Below, in pieces: positions 1 to 17,526 of a stretch of 64,000 bases of DNA. The notes under the pieces were generated by a model. The model was not told the DNA's origin and did no database searches. It saw only the letters and a program-made list of their open reading frames with translations. The position numbers and the translations under genes were made by a program. Location: the NCBI GenBank assembly GCA_958352845.1, contig CATWQC010000010.1, forward strand, positions 39-64,038, given 5' to 3'. Position 1 is the stretch's first letter, and the number at the start of each line of letters is the position of its first letter. This DNA is from an uncultured Collinsella sp. GTDB taxonomy: Bacteria; Actinomycetota; Coriobacteriia; Coriobacteriales; Coriobacteriaceae.

Positions 1-1380
1 CATGCCGGCGATGATGGTCTGGCCGGTCTCGTGGTTGGTGGACACCTGGAAGGTCGGGTCCTCCTCGGCGAGCTTGGTCAGAGCCAGGGACATCTTGTCC
101 TGCTCGGCCTTGGTCTTGGGCTCGATGGCAACGTCGATAACGGGCTTAGCGAACTCGATCTTCTCGAGGACGATCTCCTTACCCTCGGCGCACAGGGTGT
201 CGCCGGTGGTGGAGTTCTTGAAGCCGACGCAAGCGACGATGTCGCCGGCGGCAGCGTCGTCACGGTCGATACGCTCGGCGGCGTTCATCTCGAGGATGCG
301 GCCGAGGCGCTCGCGCTGACCGTTGGAAGCGTTGACAACGTAGGAGCCGGACTCGGCGCGGCCGGAGTAAACGCGGACGTAGGTGAGCTTACCGACGAAC
401 GGGTCGGTCATGATCTTGAAGACCAGGCCGGAGAAGGGCTCGTCGAAGGAAGGATGACGCTGGATCTCCTCGCCGGTGTCCGGATCGGTACCGGTGACGG
501 CCTCGACGTCGAGCGGGCTGGGCAGGTAGTCGACGACAGCGTCGAGCAGCTCCTGGACGCCCTTGTTCTTGTAGGCGGAGCCCACGAAGACGAGGTTGAG
601 CTCGTTGGCCAGAACGCCCTTGCGCAGAGCAGCCTTGAGCTCCTCGACGGTGAAGTCCTCCTCCATGAGGATCTTCTCCATGAGCTCGTCGTCAAAGCTG
701 GCAGCAGCGTCGAGGAGCTCCTCGCGCTTGGTGGCAGCGATGTCGGCAAACTCAGCCGGGATCTCGTCCATCGGCTCGGGGTAGGTCATACCCTTCTCGT
801 CGGCCTTGAAGTCCCATGCAGTCATGGTAACGAGGTCGATGACGCCCCAGAAGTTGTCCTCGGCGCCCATCGGGACCTGAGCGGCCACGGCGTTAGCGTC
901 GAGACGATCCTTCATGGTCTCGATAGCGTTGAAGAAGTCAGCGCCCACGCGGTCATACTTGTTGATGAAGGCGATACGGGGGACGTTGAAGGTAGAAGCC
1001 TGACGCCAAACGGTCTCAGACTGGGGCTGAACGCCGGCAACGGCGTCGAAGACGGCGACAGCGCCATCGAGGACGCGCAGGCAGCGCTCGACCTCGGCGG
1101 TGAAGTCAACGTGGCCCGGGGTGTCGATGATCTGGATGCGGTAGTCCTTACCGTCCTTGTTCCAGAAGCAGGTGGTAGCAGCGGAGGTAATGGTTACGCC
1201 GCGCTCCTGCTCCTGAACCATCCAGTCCATGGTGGCAGCGCCCTCATGGACCTCACCGATCTTGTGGGTCTTACCGGTGTAGTAAAGAATACGCTCGGTC
1301 GTGGTGGTCTTACCGGCATCGATGTGGGCCATGATGCCGATGTTACGGGTATCGGAAAGCTTGTACTTAGGCTTAGCCAT
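1..1380 (-). CDS. fusA: Elongation factor G (5' part; runs off the window start)
   Basis: Reverse translation from ATG at 1380: [36 protein letters not shown]...[13 protein letters not shown]...DTPGHVDF; follows rpsG. Confidence 0.97.
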   Translation of the reverse strand, partial: MAKPKYKLSDTRNIGIMAHIDAGKTTTTERILYYTGKTHKIGEVHEGAATMDWMVQEQERGVTITSAATTCFWNKDGKDYRIQIIDTPGHVDFTAEVERCLRVLDGAVAVFDAVAGVQPQSETVWRQASTFNVPRIAFINKYDRVGADFFNAIETMKDRLDANAVAAQVPMGAEDNFWGVIDLVTMTAWDFKADEKGMTYPEPMDEIPAEFADIAATKREELLDAAASFDDELMEKILMEEDFTVEELKAALRKGVLANELNLVFVGSAYKNKGVQELLDAVVDYLPSPLDVEAVTGTDPDTGEEIQRHPSFDEPFSGLVFKIMTDPFVGKLTYVRVYSGRAESGSYVVNASNGQRERLGRILEMNAAERIDRDDAAAGDIVACVGFKNSTTGDTLCAEGKEIVLEKIEFAKPVIDVAIEPKTKAEQDKMSLALTKLAEEDPTFQVSTNHETGQTIIAGM

Positions 1381-1399
1381 GTTAGTTCCTTACCTTAAC

Positions 1400-1873
1400 T
1401 TACCAACGATAGTGAGAGAACGCGCGGTTGGCCTCGGCCATCTTGAAGACGTCCTCACGCTTCTTGACGGAAGCGCCCAGGCCGTTGGAGGCGTCGAGAA
1501 TCTCGTTGGCGAGACGCTCGGCCATGGTCTTCTCCTTGCGAGCGCGGGAGAAGTTGACGATCCAGCGGATACCCAGAGCGGTGGAACGACGGGAGTTGAC
1601 CTCCATCGGGACCTGATAGGTAGCGCCACCGACACGCTTGGGCTTAACCTCGAGCGTGGGCTTGACGTTGTCCATAGCCTTCTTGAAGGTAGCGAGAGCG
1701 TCGCCACCCTCAGACTTCTCGGCAACGATCTCGAAAGCGGTGTAAACGATGCGCTCAGCGGTGGCCTTCTTGCCGTCAAGAAGGACCTTGTTGATGAGCT
1801 GAGTCACCAGGCGGTTGTTGTAAACGGCGTCAGGCTGAACCTCACGACGATTAGCTGCTGCACGACGCGGCAT
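1400..1873 (-). CDS. rpsG: 30S ribosomal protein S7
   Basis: MPRR...[10 protein letters not shown]...[12 protein letters not shown]. Confidence 0.98.
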   Translation of the reverse strand: MPRRAAANRREVQPDAVYNNRLVTQLINKVLLDGKKATAERIVYTAFEIVAEKSEGGDALATFKKAMDNVKPTLEVKPKRVGGATYQVPMEVNSRRSTALGIRWIVNFSRARKEKTMAERLANEILDASNGLGASVKKREDVFKMAEANRAFSHYRW

Positions 1874-1946
1874 GTGAAATCTCCTTAAGTGTCTACCGTG
1901 CGGCGCTTAGGCGGCACACGGCGAAAGTATCAAAACGTTATCTGGC

Positions 1947-2324
1947 TTATTTAGCCTTGGGGCGCTTAGCACCGTACTTGGAACGGGCCTGCATACGGTT
2001 CTGGACCGGAGCAGCGTCGTAGGCGCCACGGATGACGTGATAACGGACACCAGGGAGGTCACGGACACGACCGCCGCGGACGAGCACGATGGAGTGCTCC
2101 TGCAGGTTGTGGCCCTCACCCGGGATGTAAGCAGTAACTTCGATGCCGTTGACGAGGCGAACACGGGCAACCTTACGAAGAGCCGAGTTCGGCTTCTTGG
2201 GGCTCGTGGTGAAGACGCGGGTGCACACGCCGCGCTTCTGGGAGTTGTGCTGCAGAGCAGCGTTCTTGGACTTCTTGGGCACGGAACGACGGCCCTGGCG
2301 AACCAGCTGGTTAATAGTAGGCAA
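1947..2324 (-). CDS. rpsL: 30S ribosomal protein S12
   Basis: MPTINQLVR...[16 protein letters not shown]...DLPGVRY; TTG start. Confidence 0.98.
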   Translation of the reverse strand: MPTINQLVRQGRRSVPKKSKNAALQHNSQKRGVCTRVFTTSPKKPNSALRKVARVRLVNGIEVTAYIPGEGHNLQEHSIVLVRGGRVRDLPGVRYHVIRGAYDAAPVQNRMQARSKYGAKRPKAK

Positions 2325-2417
2325 AGCGTACTCCTTCTCGAATGATTCCAGCTTTCTGTAAAGTGCAACGGCTTGAATCGAGGGGTCAGCATCCCCCTAC
2401 GAAACACGCAGTTCGAT

Positions 2418-2446
2418 AGGATACGTGGCGTTAGCTGTGCCGTCAA
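2418..2446 (-). promoter_or_regulatory. Housekeeping sigma-type promoter of the str operon
   Basis: TTGACG-N17-TATCCT on the minus strand upstream of rpsL. Confidence 0.6.
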
Positions 2447-2500
2447 CAGACCACGCCGCCGGGCGTATCCCAAAATTGGCATATTTCCGCAAACCCTACA

Positions 2501-2704
2501 CAAAAGGAATCCCTTTCTGTGCGCGGGGGCGGATTCCCGGCCCGGGCGGCCCGCTGTTTAAGTTTGCTGCTCTACAGTCCTGGCTCGCACGGAGGCCACA
2601 TTAAGTGGCCTCCGGCTCGTGCGAAACTCGCGACAAACTTAAACAGCGGGCGGCCCGGTCCGGGAATCCGACGTGCTCGTTGGGGCAACGTTCCCTGCCA
2701 AAAA
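2501..2704. repeat. 204-bp long-hairpin element, copy A
   Basis: Ungapped direct repeat of 4517-4720 (about 175/204 identical by hand); arms CCGCTGTTTAAGTTTG/CAAACTTAAACAGCGG, apex GGAGGCCAC-ATTAA-GTGGCCTCC. Confidence 0.9.
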
Positions 2705-2745
2705 GGGACAGGTTTATTTTGGTCGGTTTTATCTGGGGAAACGTC
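2694..2745 (+). repeat. GGGACAG-loop REP-like hairpin
   Basis: 48/52 identical to 31171-31222. Confidence 0.8.
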
Positions 2746-2808
2746 GCGCTCCAGCGGTAATCTGCTCTCATCTGTCATAGGGAAATCGGCGGCGTTTCCA
2801 TTTAACGC

Positions 2809-2842
2809 AAAAGAGGCCGCTTCCCCTAGTAGGAAGCGGCCC
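2809..2842 (-). terminator. Intrinsic terminator after the anti-sigma gene
   Basis: GGCCGCTTCC/GGAAGCGGCC stem followed by a T-run on the minus strand. Confidence 0.65.
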
Positions 2843-2847
2843 AAATC

Positions 2848-3924
2848 TTACGAATAGACGATGGTAAAGGGTACTTCTGTTTCGGTCTCTCCTGTTGATG
2901 TGTACCTCGTGCCCTCAAGGGTTACCGAGACCACTTGATCGACATTGATCAGTTTTGTCGGCACCGAGATGTTCTCTCCGCTATTGCGCGTCAGCGAGAC
3001 ATAGAAATTGTACGCGCCCGCAGCATCATCTTCGATAATCTGCTCCAATCCATCCTTGTAGGTAACGGTCAACTTTTTCGTGACTGCGTCAATGCCCAAA
3101 TCATCGATGTGTGTCTGGATAGAAAACGGGCTAATCTCAAGAGGCGAGTCATCGGAGCGGAGTTCCTTTTTATCGACGTACGCTCCAACGCTAAACTCGG
3201 GCGTCGATGCCTCGAACGGCTTCGCGTCCTCGCCTTCGCCCTCAGTCCAGCAGATATTCCAGGTAACCGCATGTTGCAAATCTCGCTCGCGATCCCACGA
3301 GGCAAAGTACATCGTGCCATTAATGACCGTGTCGCTTGATGTGTCCTTATCAATTGTGCAGCGTGTGTCAGCCCATTCCTCGCCGAAGTTCATGCTGGGC
3401 GTGCCGATGCCTTGTTCTTCTTCACCATAGAGAACAAGTTCGCCTGTCTCTGCTGCCGGCTTGTAGTAGTTAACGCCATTTGGATTGGACAACGTAAACG
3501 TCACGGCACCGCAACCGTTTTTATCGATAGCCATATCATGAATGTCGAGTGTATAGCCGTTGCCCTCGACGGACAGATTGACCTTCTGTACTGAACCCTC
3601 CAAGCTTTGGGGCGCGATACCATCACCAAACTCTCTGGTGTAGGTATATTTAGTCCCCGACGAGCCACCTTGAGTCCAGGTAATGGACTCTCCGTTGCCA
3701 TGGTTTCCCCAGGCAGAGGCAAAATAACTGGAATTGACGACGGCGTAGGCGACCCCTCCGGTCGCCAGCACTCCGGCAAGGCATCCGATCACGGCAACAT
3801 ACAGAGGCTTCGCGTGACCCTTTCGGCGAAGCGGCTCACCAGCAGCGGCATAAAGAACACGGTCAGCAAGATCGCTATCGGCTTGGACGGACTCGAAGGC
3901 CTGCTTGATTTGGTTGGATTTCAC
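2848..3924 (-). CDS. Putative single-pass membrane anti-sigma factor
   Basis: Short N-terminus, one TM segment (LYVAVIGCLAGVLATGGVAYAVV), large acidic C-terminal domain; overlaps the ECF sigma gene. Confidence 0.7.
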   Translation of the reverse strand: MKSNQIKQAFESVQADSDLADRVLYAAAGEPLRRKGHAKPLYVAVIGCLAGVLATGGVAYAVVNSSYFASAWGNHGNGESITWTQGGSSGTKYTYTREFGDGIAPQSLEGSVQKVNLSVEGNGYTLDIHDMAIDKNGCGAVTFTLSNPNGVNYYKPAAETGELVLYGEEEQGIGTPSMNFGEEWADTRCTIDKDTSSDTVINGTMYFASWDRERDLQHAVTWNICWTEGEGEDAKPFEASTPEFSVGAYVDKKELRSDDSPLEISPFSIQTHIDDLGIDAVTKKLTVTYKDGLEQIIEDDAAGAYNFYVSLTRNSGENISVPTKLINVDQVVSVTLEGTRYTSTGETETEVPFTIVYS

Positions 3925-4393
3925 GGTCGCCCTCCTCTAGGATGAACTTGAGTTTCGATCTGCCGCGAGCTAAACGCGTTCGAACGGTCGCGGCTGGTAC
4001 GTGCAGCAACTCGGCAATCTCTGAAGTCGAGAAGCCCAGATAGTAATAGAGCACGATGGGGATACGGAATCGTTCCGGAAGCCGCATGACATCTGACAGG
4101 ACGGCCTTGGTCTCATCCTGCGCTGTCGAAAGCGACTCGGCCAGGTTCTCAATATCCTCCACACGCCTCCATGGCTTTCGAAAGAGCGATTTGCATTCAT
4201 TGATCGTGACCCGGATAAGCCATCGACGAAGATGTTCCCAACTTTCAAAGTTTCCATCGCTTTTAAGCAACTTAAGAAAGACGTCTTGAGCAACATCGTC
4301 GGCGTCGGCGCGATCACGCAGGTACGTCAACGCGATTCGAAACACGACATCCCGGTGATCTTCAACCGCCTGTCTAAATGCTTGTTCTTCCAT
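3875..4393 (-). CDS. ECF RNA polymerase sigma-70 factor
   Basis: Region 2 DADDVAQDVFLKL...WLIRVTIN, region 4 EIAELLHVPAATVRTRLARGR; SD GGGAGG. Confidence 0.92.
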   Translation of the reverse strand: MEEQAFRQAVEDHRDVVFRIALTYLRDRADADDVAQDVFLKLLKSDGNFESWEHLRRWLIRVTINECKSLFRKPWRRVEDIENLAESLSTAQDETKAVLSDVMRLPERFRIPIVLYYYLGFSTSEIAELLHVPAATVRTRLARGRSKLKFILEEGDREIQPNQAGLRVRPSR

Positions 4394-4441
4394 AATCACC
4401 TCCCGGTGACGTTAATGATTCTTGCTGAGGCCCTCACCATA

Positions 4442-4470
4442 GATACGCTTTGACCGAACGAAATGTTTCA
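4442..4470 (-). promoter_or_regulatory. Putative autoregulatory ECF promoter
   Basis: TGAAAC-N17-CGTATC, similar to SigW/SigV-type TGAAAC...CGTA promoters. Confidence 0.55.
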
Positions 4471-4485
4471 AATTCAAGCAGGAAT

Positions 4486-4518
4486 AACCTACCAAAATAA
4501 ACCTGTCCCTTATTGGCA
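4486..4518 (-). repeat. GGGACAG-loop REP-like hairpin (inverted relative to the 2694 copy)
   Basis: Reverse complement reads TGCCAATAAGGGACAGGTTTATTTTGGTAGGTT. Confidence 0.75.
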
Positions 4519-4720
4519 AAAGGAATCCCCTTCTGTGCGCGGGGGCAGTTTCCCGGAACGGGCCGCCCGCTGTTTAAGTTTGCTGCTCTACAGTCCTGCG
4601 CAAGACGGAAAGCACATTAAGTGCTTTCCTTTGCGTGCGGAACTCGCGACAAACTTAAACAGCGGGCGGCCCGTTCCGGGAATCCGACGTGCTCGTCGGG
4701 GTAACGTTCCTCACCAAAAA
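4517..4720. repeat. 204-bp long-hairpin element, copy B
   Basis: Direct repeat of 2501-2704; apex GGAAAGCAC-ATTAA-GTGCTTTCC. Confidence 0.9.
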
Positions 4721-4752
4721 AGACCCGCTTCCCTGTTGGGAAACGGGTCTTT
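4716..4752 (-). terminator. rpoC terminator
   Basis: AAAGACCCG...CGGGTCTTT stem with T6 on the minus strand. Confidence 0.75.
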
Positions 4753-4778
4753 GGAAGGACGGTTAACGTACTTGGAAG

Positions 4779-9254
<4,476 letters not shown>

Positions 9255-9260
9255 AGTCAA

Positions 9261-12752
<3,492 letters not shown>

Positions 12753-12985
12753 CAGGTTTTTCCTCCTTCACGGAAATGCTCGGTGGGTTGGCGAGGCATA
12801 GCTTCGCCAGTTATCGCAACCTAATAGTTTATCAGGTACCGACCGTTGGGCAAGAAAAGCCTTGACGCGATTGAGTTTTTGGAGTAGCAAAGTTTTTCGA
12901 CAGAAAACACGCAGGTAGATGTATGTGTATCGAACATCTGTTCATATATTTTCTGTGAACAGAGAGCCGGCAATCGCAGCTCCTA

Positions 12986-13020
12986 TAAAAAACGGGCGCG
13001 AACCGAGGTCCGCGCCCGTA
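12986..13020 (-). terminator. galU terminator
   Basis: ACGGGCGCG/CGCGCCCGT stem plus T-run. Confidence 0.65.
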
Positions 13021-13039
13021 AATGTCGATGCCCGAAGGC

Positions 13040-13948
13040 TTACTTGCGCATCAATCCGCCGCGCTCGTCGATGGCGTCCCAGAAGGCATCGGCAAAGCGA
13101 GGATCGCTTGCGGCCATGAGGGCGTTGGTTGCCATCCAGCCAGACGGGGTGCCGGTGTCGTAGCCCGACAGCGGGTCGATAACGACAGCGTACATAGCCT
13201 CGCGATCGAGCGAGCGGGCCATGGCGTCGGTGAGCTGAACCTCGCCGCCCTTGCCGGCCTGCTGATCAGCGAGCAGGTCCATGACCAGCGGGCTCAGCAG
13301 ATAACGGCCGACAATGTACAGGTTGGACGGAGCCGCCTCGGGAGTGGGCTTCTCGACCAGACCGCCGATGCGCCAGACAGCGCCCGGCTCTGCATCGGCA
13401 ACGTCCTCGGCGCCCTCGAGCGAACCGACGCGCTCGCCGGCGATAACGCCGTAGCGGCTGACTTCCTCGGGCGAGCAAGCAGCGACGGCGATAACCGAAG
13501 CTCCACCGTGCTCCTTGGAAACGGCGAGCATCTTGTCGCAGATGTCGCGATTAGGCACAACGTAGTCACCCAGAAGAACCAGGAAGTTCTCCCCTGCCAC
13601 GGCGTCGGCAGCAGAGCGGATAGCATGGCCGAGGCCCTTGGGCTCGTACTGATAACGGAAGTCGACCGGCATACCGCCAGCGTGGGCGACGGCATCGGCA
13701 TAGGCGTTCTTGCCGCGCTCGCGCAGCAGGTTCTCGAGCGAGCGATCGGGCTGGAAGTAGTTCAGTAGCTCGGGCTTACCGGGAGAAGTAACGATGATGG
13801 CGTCGTCGACTTCCTCGGGGTCGAGCGCCTCCTCGACGACGTACTGAATGACGGGCTTGTCGAGCACCGGCAGCATCTCTTTGGGCGTGCACTTGGTGCC
13901 AGGCAGAAAACGCGTGCCAAGACCGGCGGCGGGGATGATTGCCTTCAT
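13040..13948 (-). CDS. galU: UTP--glucose-1-phosphate uridylyltransferase
   Basis: MKAIIPAAGLGTRFLP..K..PKEMLP, LVEKP, GGEVQLTDA. Confidence 0.9.
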   Translation of the reverse strand: MKAIIPAAGLGTRFLPGTKCTPKEMLPVLDKPVIQYVVEEALDPEEVDDAIIVTSPGKPELLNYFQPDRSLENLLRERGKNAYADAVAHAGGMPVDFRYQYEPKGLGHAIRSAADAVAGENFLVLLGDYVVPNRDICDKMLAVSKEHGGASVIAVAACSPEEVSRYGVIAGERVGSLEGAEDVADAEPGAVWRIGGLVEKPTPEAAPSNLYIVGRYLLSPLVMDLLADQQAGKGGEVQLTDAMARSLDREAMYAVVIDPLSGYDTGTPSGWMATNALMAASDPRFADAFWDAIDERGGLMRK

Positions 13949-14201
13949 GTTATTCAAAGATCCTTTCGCAGGCGCAAAAGCGCCCCATGCGTGCGGCACA
14001 CAGCCGCAGACCAAATTGCGATACCTAAGCATCTTACCGCTGGAACTATATGTCGCTACAAGGCAGAGACAATTCTTCAGCAGGTCAACGCAAATTATTG
14101 CTCGAATGGTGCAATTTTATTGCCCAACGGCAGGGTGCCCGATACGACGCAAATCACAGAACATGGCAGTTTGAGCTACCGATGTCGAGGGACCGAAAAA
14201 C

Positions 14202-14235
14202 AAAAAAGACGGGGCTCGCAATGCGAACCCCGTCT
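14202..14235 (-). terminator. rplL terminator
   Basis: AGACGGGGCTCGC/GCGAACCCCGTCT stem plus T-run. Confidence 0.7.
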
Positions 14236-14262
14236 GCAAAGAAATCTGGCGAGAAAGCCTGA

Positions 14263-14640
14263 TTACTTGAGGGTGACAGCAGCGCCAGCAGCCTCGAGCT
14301 TCTCCTTGGCAGCCTCGGCGTCCTCCTTCTTGGCACCCTCGAGAACAGCCTTGGGAGCGCCCTCGACGACCTCCTTGGCCTCCTTCAGGCCAAGGTTGGT
14401 GAGCTCACGGACGGCCTTGATGACCTGGATCTTGTTGTCGCCGAAGCCCTCGAGCACGACGTCAAACTCGGTCTTCTCCTCGGCCTCAGCAGCGCCAGCA
14501 GCGGGAGCGGCGACAACAGCGGCAGGAGCAGCGGCGGAAACGCCGAAGGTGTCCTCGATAGCCTTGACGAGCTCGGAAGCCTCGAGAAGGGTCATTTCCT
14601 TAAGAGCATCGATGATCTCATCGGTGGTAAGCTTAGCCAT
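14263..14640 (-). CDS. rplL: 50S ribosomal protein L7/L12
   Basis: [20 protein letters not shown]...[10 protein letters not shown]...[11 protein letters not shown]. Confidence 0.98.
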   Translation of the reverse strand: MAKLTTDEIIDALKEMTLLEASELVKAIEDTFGVSAAAPAAVVAAPAAGAAEAEEKTEFDVVLEGFGDNKIQVIKAVRELTNLGLKEAKEVVEGAPKAVLEGAKKEDAEAAKEKLEAAGAAVTLK

Positions 14641-14742
14641 TTCTAAGTCCTTTCGGTTTCCGTGTCTGTGCACGGAGATCAGTTAAAACACGGCGCGAAT
14701 GCGCCAGGGGTGCGGCGTTGCCGCCGCGGGTGAAAACAGCAA

Positions 14743-15264
14743 CTAGGCTGCCTTCTGCTCGGAGACCTGCTGAATCGAACGAGCGAGACCAGAGGAAACG
14801 CCGTTGACGCAGACAGCGATGTCGCGAGCGAAACCGGAGATGAGACCGGCGATCTGGCCGAGAAGCTGATCCTTGGTGGGCAGCTCGGCGATAGCCTTAA
14901 CATCATCAGCGGAAACGGCCTTGCCGTCGGAGATACCGCCCTTGATCTCAAGGACGCCCTTGGACTGAGCGGAGAAGTCCTTAAGGGCCTTAGCGGCCTC
15001 GACCGGCTCGGACTCGTAGAACACATAAGCGACGGGGCCGGCGAGGATCTCGTCGATCTCGGGCTGCTCCTGGTTCTTGAGGGCGATCTTGACCAGGTTG
15101 TTCTTGTAGACCTTCATCTCGGCGCCGCACTCGCGAAGCTGATGACGCAGCTCCTGAGCCTGCTTAACCGTCAGACCGTTGTAGTTGACGACGAACAGAC
15201 CGGCGTTCTCGGCGATACGGGACTCGATCTCTGCAACCTTGTCGATTTTGTACTGCTGGGGCAT
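14743..15264 (-). CDS. rplJ: 50S ribosomal protein L10
   Basis: YNGLTV...LRHQLR...VYKNNL; directly upstream of rplL. Confidence 0.96.
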   Translation of the reverse strand: MPQQYKIDKVAEIESRIAENAGLFVVNYNGLTVKQAQELRHQLRECGAEMKVYKNNLVKIALKNQEQPEIDEILAGPVAYVFYESEPVEAAKALKDFSAQSKGVLEIKGGISDGKAVSADDVKAIAELPTKDQLLGQIAGLISGFARDIAVCVNGVSSGLARSIQQVSEQKAA

Positions 15265-15329
15265 GAATTACACCTCCTCGAATTCTTTCCGGGCACGGTC
15301 CGCCACAAGGACGTGACGGGGGCATGTCC

Positions 15330-15465
15330 AAAAAGAAAGCCCCCGCGCTGCATGAGCGACGGGGGCGAGAAGACATATCTACTCGACCACCTCGGCTGGC
15401 GGGAAGTCCCATTAAGCTCGCGGATAAGACCCGTTTGCGCCGGCTGTCTCTGGCAGCGGATTCGT
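15330..15465 (-). promoter_or_regulatory. L10 leader (autogenous attenuator)
   Basis: GAGACAGCCGG...TTAAT...GCCGAGG motif followed by a GCCCCCG/CGGGGGC-TTTCTTTTT terminator. Confidence 0.75.
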
Positions 15466-15480
15466 GCGTGAACCGAAAGT

Positions 15481-15509
15481 ATTATGGCGGGGACCCCGGC
15501 GTCGGTCAA
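15481..15509 (-). promoter_or_regulatory. rplJ promoter
   Basis: TTGACC-N17-CATAAT. Confidence 0.6.
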
Positions 15510-15632
15510 CGGAAAACCGGGCTGCACACAATTCCACCATCCGGCCGCGCCGCCGAAGGCCGGGTTTTCGTTGGCTGACGCCCCCACTCATAATGCTTGG
15601 GTCGGTGGGCTGATGTATTGCGTCCCGTTGGG

Positions 15633-16769
15633 CTATAAGGTTGAAATGAAGGTGGACAGGCGATTTAGGCCTTCGTCCAGATCTTGGTCGGAGACGCAGT
15701 AGCTTAGGCGGATGTGGCCTTCGGTTCCGAAGCAGTCTCCCGGGACTAGGGCTACGTTTGCTTCTTTGATGGCTTTGATGCAGAAGTCTTCGCTGGTTAG
15801 ACCGAATTTTTTGATGCTCGGGAAAGTGTAGAAGGCTCCTGCGGGCTCTACTACGTCGAGGCCCATGGCGTCTAAGGCTGCGAGTACGCGTTCGCGACGG
15901 GCTCGATAGACTTCGAGCATGGGGGTTGGGTCGACGGTGAGGGCTCGGGCTGCGGCGTCCATCTCGAAGGAGACGGCGCTCGATACTAGGTATTGGTGAG
16001 CTTTTGCGATCTCGGCGATGACGGGGGCTGCGGCTGCGAGCCAACCCAGGCGCCAGCCGGTCATAGCCCAGGGCTTGGAGAAGCTCTCGATGACGACCGT
16101 CTGCTCGCGCAGCTCCGGGTGTCGCTGGGCGAAGCGCTCGTAGCCATCCACATAGACCAGGCGGTTGTATACGTCGTCGCAGACCACGTAGATGCCCATC
16201 TGCTCCGCCACGTGCGCCACGGCGTCGAGCGAAGCCGCGTTGAGGATACAGCCCGTAGGATTGTTGGGCGAGCAGATGACGATGGCCTTGGTCGCCGACG
16301 TCACGCAAGCACGAAGCGCATCCTCGTCAATCTGAAATTGCGCAGGCTCCGTATCCAAAAAGACTGCTTTGGCGTGGTTGGCCACGACGATGCTCTCGTA
16401 CAGGCCAAAGGCCGGCGTGGGAATAATGACCTCATCGCCGGGGTTGAGCATGGCCATGAATGTTGCCGACAGGGCCTCGGTCGCGCCGTCGGTCAGGATG
16501 ACCTCGTCGGCGGAAAACGCCAGGCCCGCGTCATCCATATATTTGGACAGTGCATCACGCAGGGCGGGGCGACCGTTGTTGGGCGGATAGTGCGTGTCAC
16601 CACGGTCCAGTGCGGCGGTCACCTCGGCGCTAATCACATCGGGCGTGGGAAAATCGGGCTCGCCAAGCGCAAGCGCGATACACCCCGGGTGCTGGGCGGC
16701 GAGCGCGTTGATCCGGCGGATACCGGAGGGCTTGAGCGTGGCAAGCGAGGTATTCATGGGCAGACGCAT
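15633..16769 (-). CDS. PLP-dependent aminotransferase class I/II
   Basis: GEPDF, SPNNPTG, DDVY, SFSKPWAMTGWRLG. Confidence 0.93.
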   Translation of the reverse strand: MRLPMNTSLATLKPSGIRRINALAAQHPGCIALALGEPDFPTPDVISAEVTAALDRGDTHYPPNNGRPALRDALSKYMDDAGLAFSADEVILTDGATEALSATFMAMLNPGDEVIIPTPAFGLYESIVVANHAKAVFLDTEPAQFQIDEDALRACVTSATKAIVICSPNNPTGCILNAASLDAVAHVAEQMGIYVVCDDVYNRLVYVDGYERFAQRHPELREQTVVIESFSKPWAMTGWRLGWLAAAAPVIAEIAKAHQYLVSSAVSFEMDAAARALTVDPTPMLEVYRARRERVLAALDAMGLDVVEPAGAFYTFPSIKKFGLTSEDFCIKAIKEANVALVPGDCFGTEGHIRLSYCVSDQDLDEGLNRLSTFISTL

Positions 16770-16862
16770 GGCGTTCCTTTCGTAAGGGTTGCACTAGGAT
16801 AGCGCGGCGAGGCGCCGCCAGACGGTGTAACCTAAACGGAAACCAACCGGAAAGGAGGCGGC

Positions 16863-17525
16863 ATGGAGACGACCGCACGCGGCGATGTACCAAAAACGTT
16901 GCAAACCATTGCGTATATCAGCATTCCCAATAGCGCCGATCTTGAGTTTTTGCTTTGGGACCTGCAGGATGCCATCGCCGCCTATGCACAGCTTTCCGGC
17001 ACTGCACTCCCCCGCCCAGTCGACTTGAAGGCAAATGACGCCGGCAGCGTTGCCGATGGCATCGTGCTGGCCATTGAAGATGTGGCTGACGATGAGACGT
17101 TGACAGCCACCGAGCAGGCGCTTGAGCGCTTTGGCGGTACGGGAACGCGCGTCTATGCCGCGATTCGAGCCGCACAAGAGGGCACTGAGCAGGCGCGTGG
17201 GACCGCCGTTCGCCTGCACAAGGCATGTGAGCGCCATGACCAATTGTGGTGTGGCGGCGTTGCCATCTGCGCCGGCAGCGGCATTGCGGCGCTTCGTCGC
17301 TCTCCGCGCATGGGACTCTTGCGCCGACCATTTTCGGAAGCGATGGATAAGCTTGTGGGCGCTGTGCGCATGGGCTGCTCCGTCGAGCATGCACAGCGAC
17401 TTGGCGGCGGCAATGCCGCCAACGTCGACACCGACGGCATGGTTTGCGCCGAGCCAGCCGTGCCCGCGCCGATCTGGCGAGGCGTTCTGAAACGTCTGGG
17501 CGCCCACGCTCAAACAAAAATCTAA
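16863..17525 (+). CDS. Hypothetical protein (possibly a degenerate flavodoxin-like fold)
   Basis: SD AAGGAGG; 220-aa ORF filling the gap; WCGGVAICAGSG segment. Confidence 0.65.
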   Translation: METTARGDVPKTLQTIAYISIPNSADLEFLLWDLQDAIAAYAQLSGTALPRPVDLKANDAGSVADGIVLAIEDVADDETLTATEQALERFGGTGTRVYAAIRAAQEGTEQARGTAVRLHKACERHDQLWCGGVAICAGSGIAALRRSPRMGLLRRPFSEAMDKLVGAVRMGCSVEHAQRLGGGNAANVDTDGMVCAEPAVPAPIWRGVLKRLGAHAQTKI

Positions 17526-17526
17526 A

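Noticed and set aside
31..1398. Other long antisense ORFs (also 39898-41142, 45516-47075, 53943-56540, 57366-59945)
   Set aside because: Each mirrors a well-supported gene on the opposite strand
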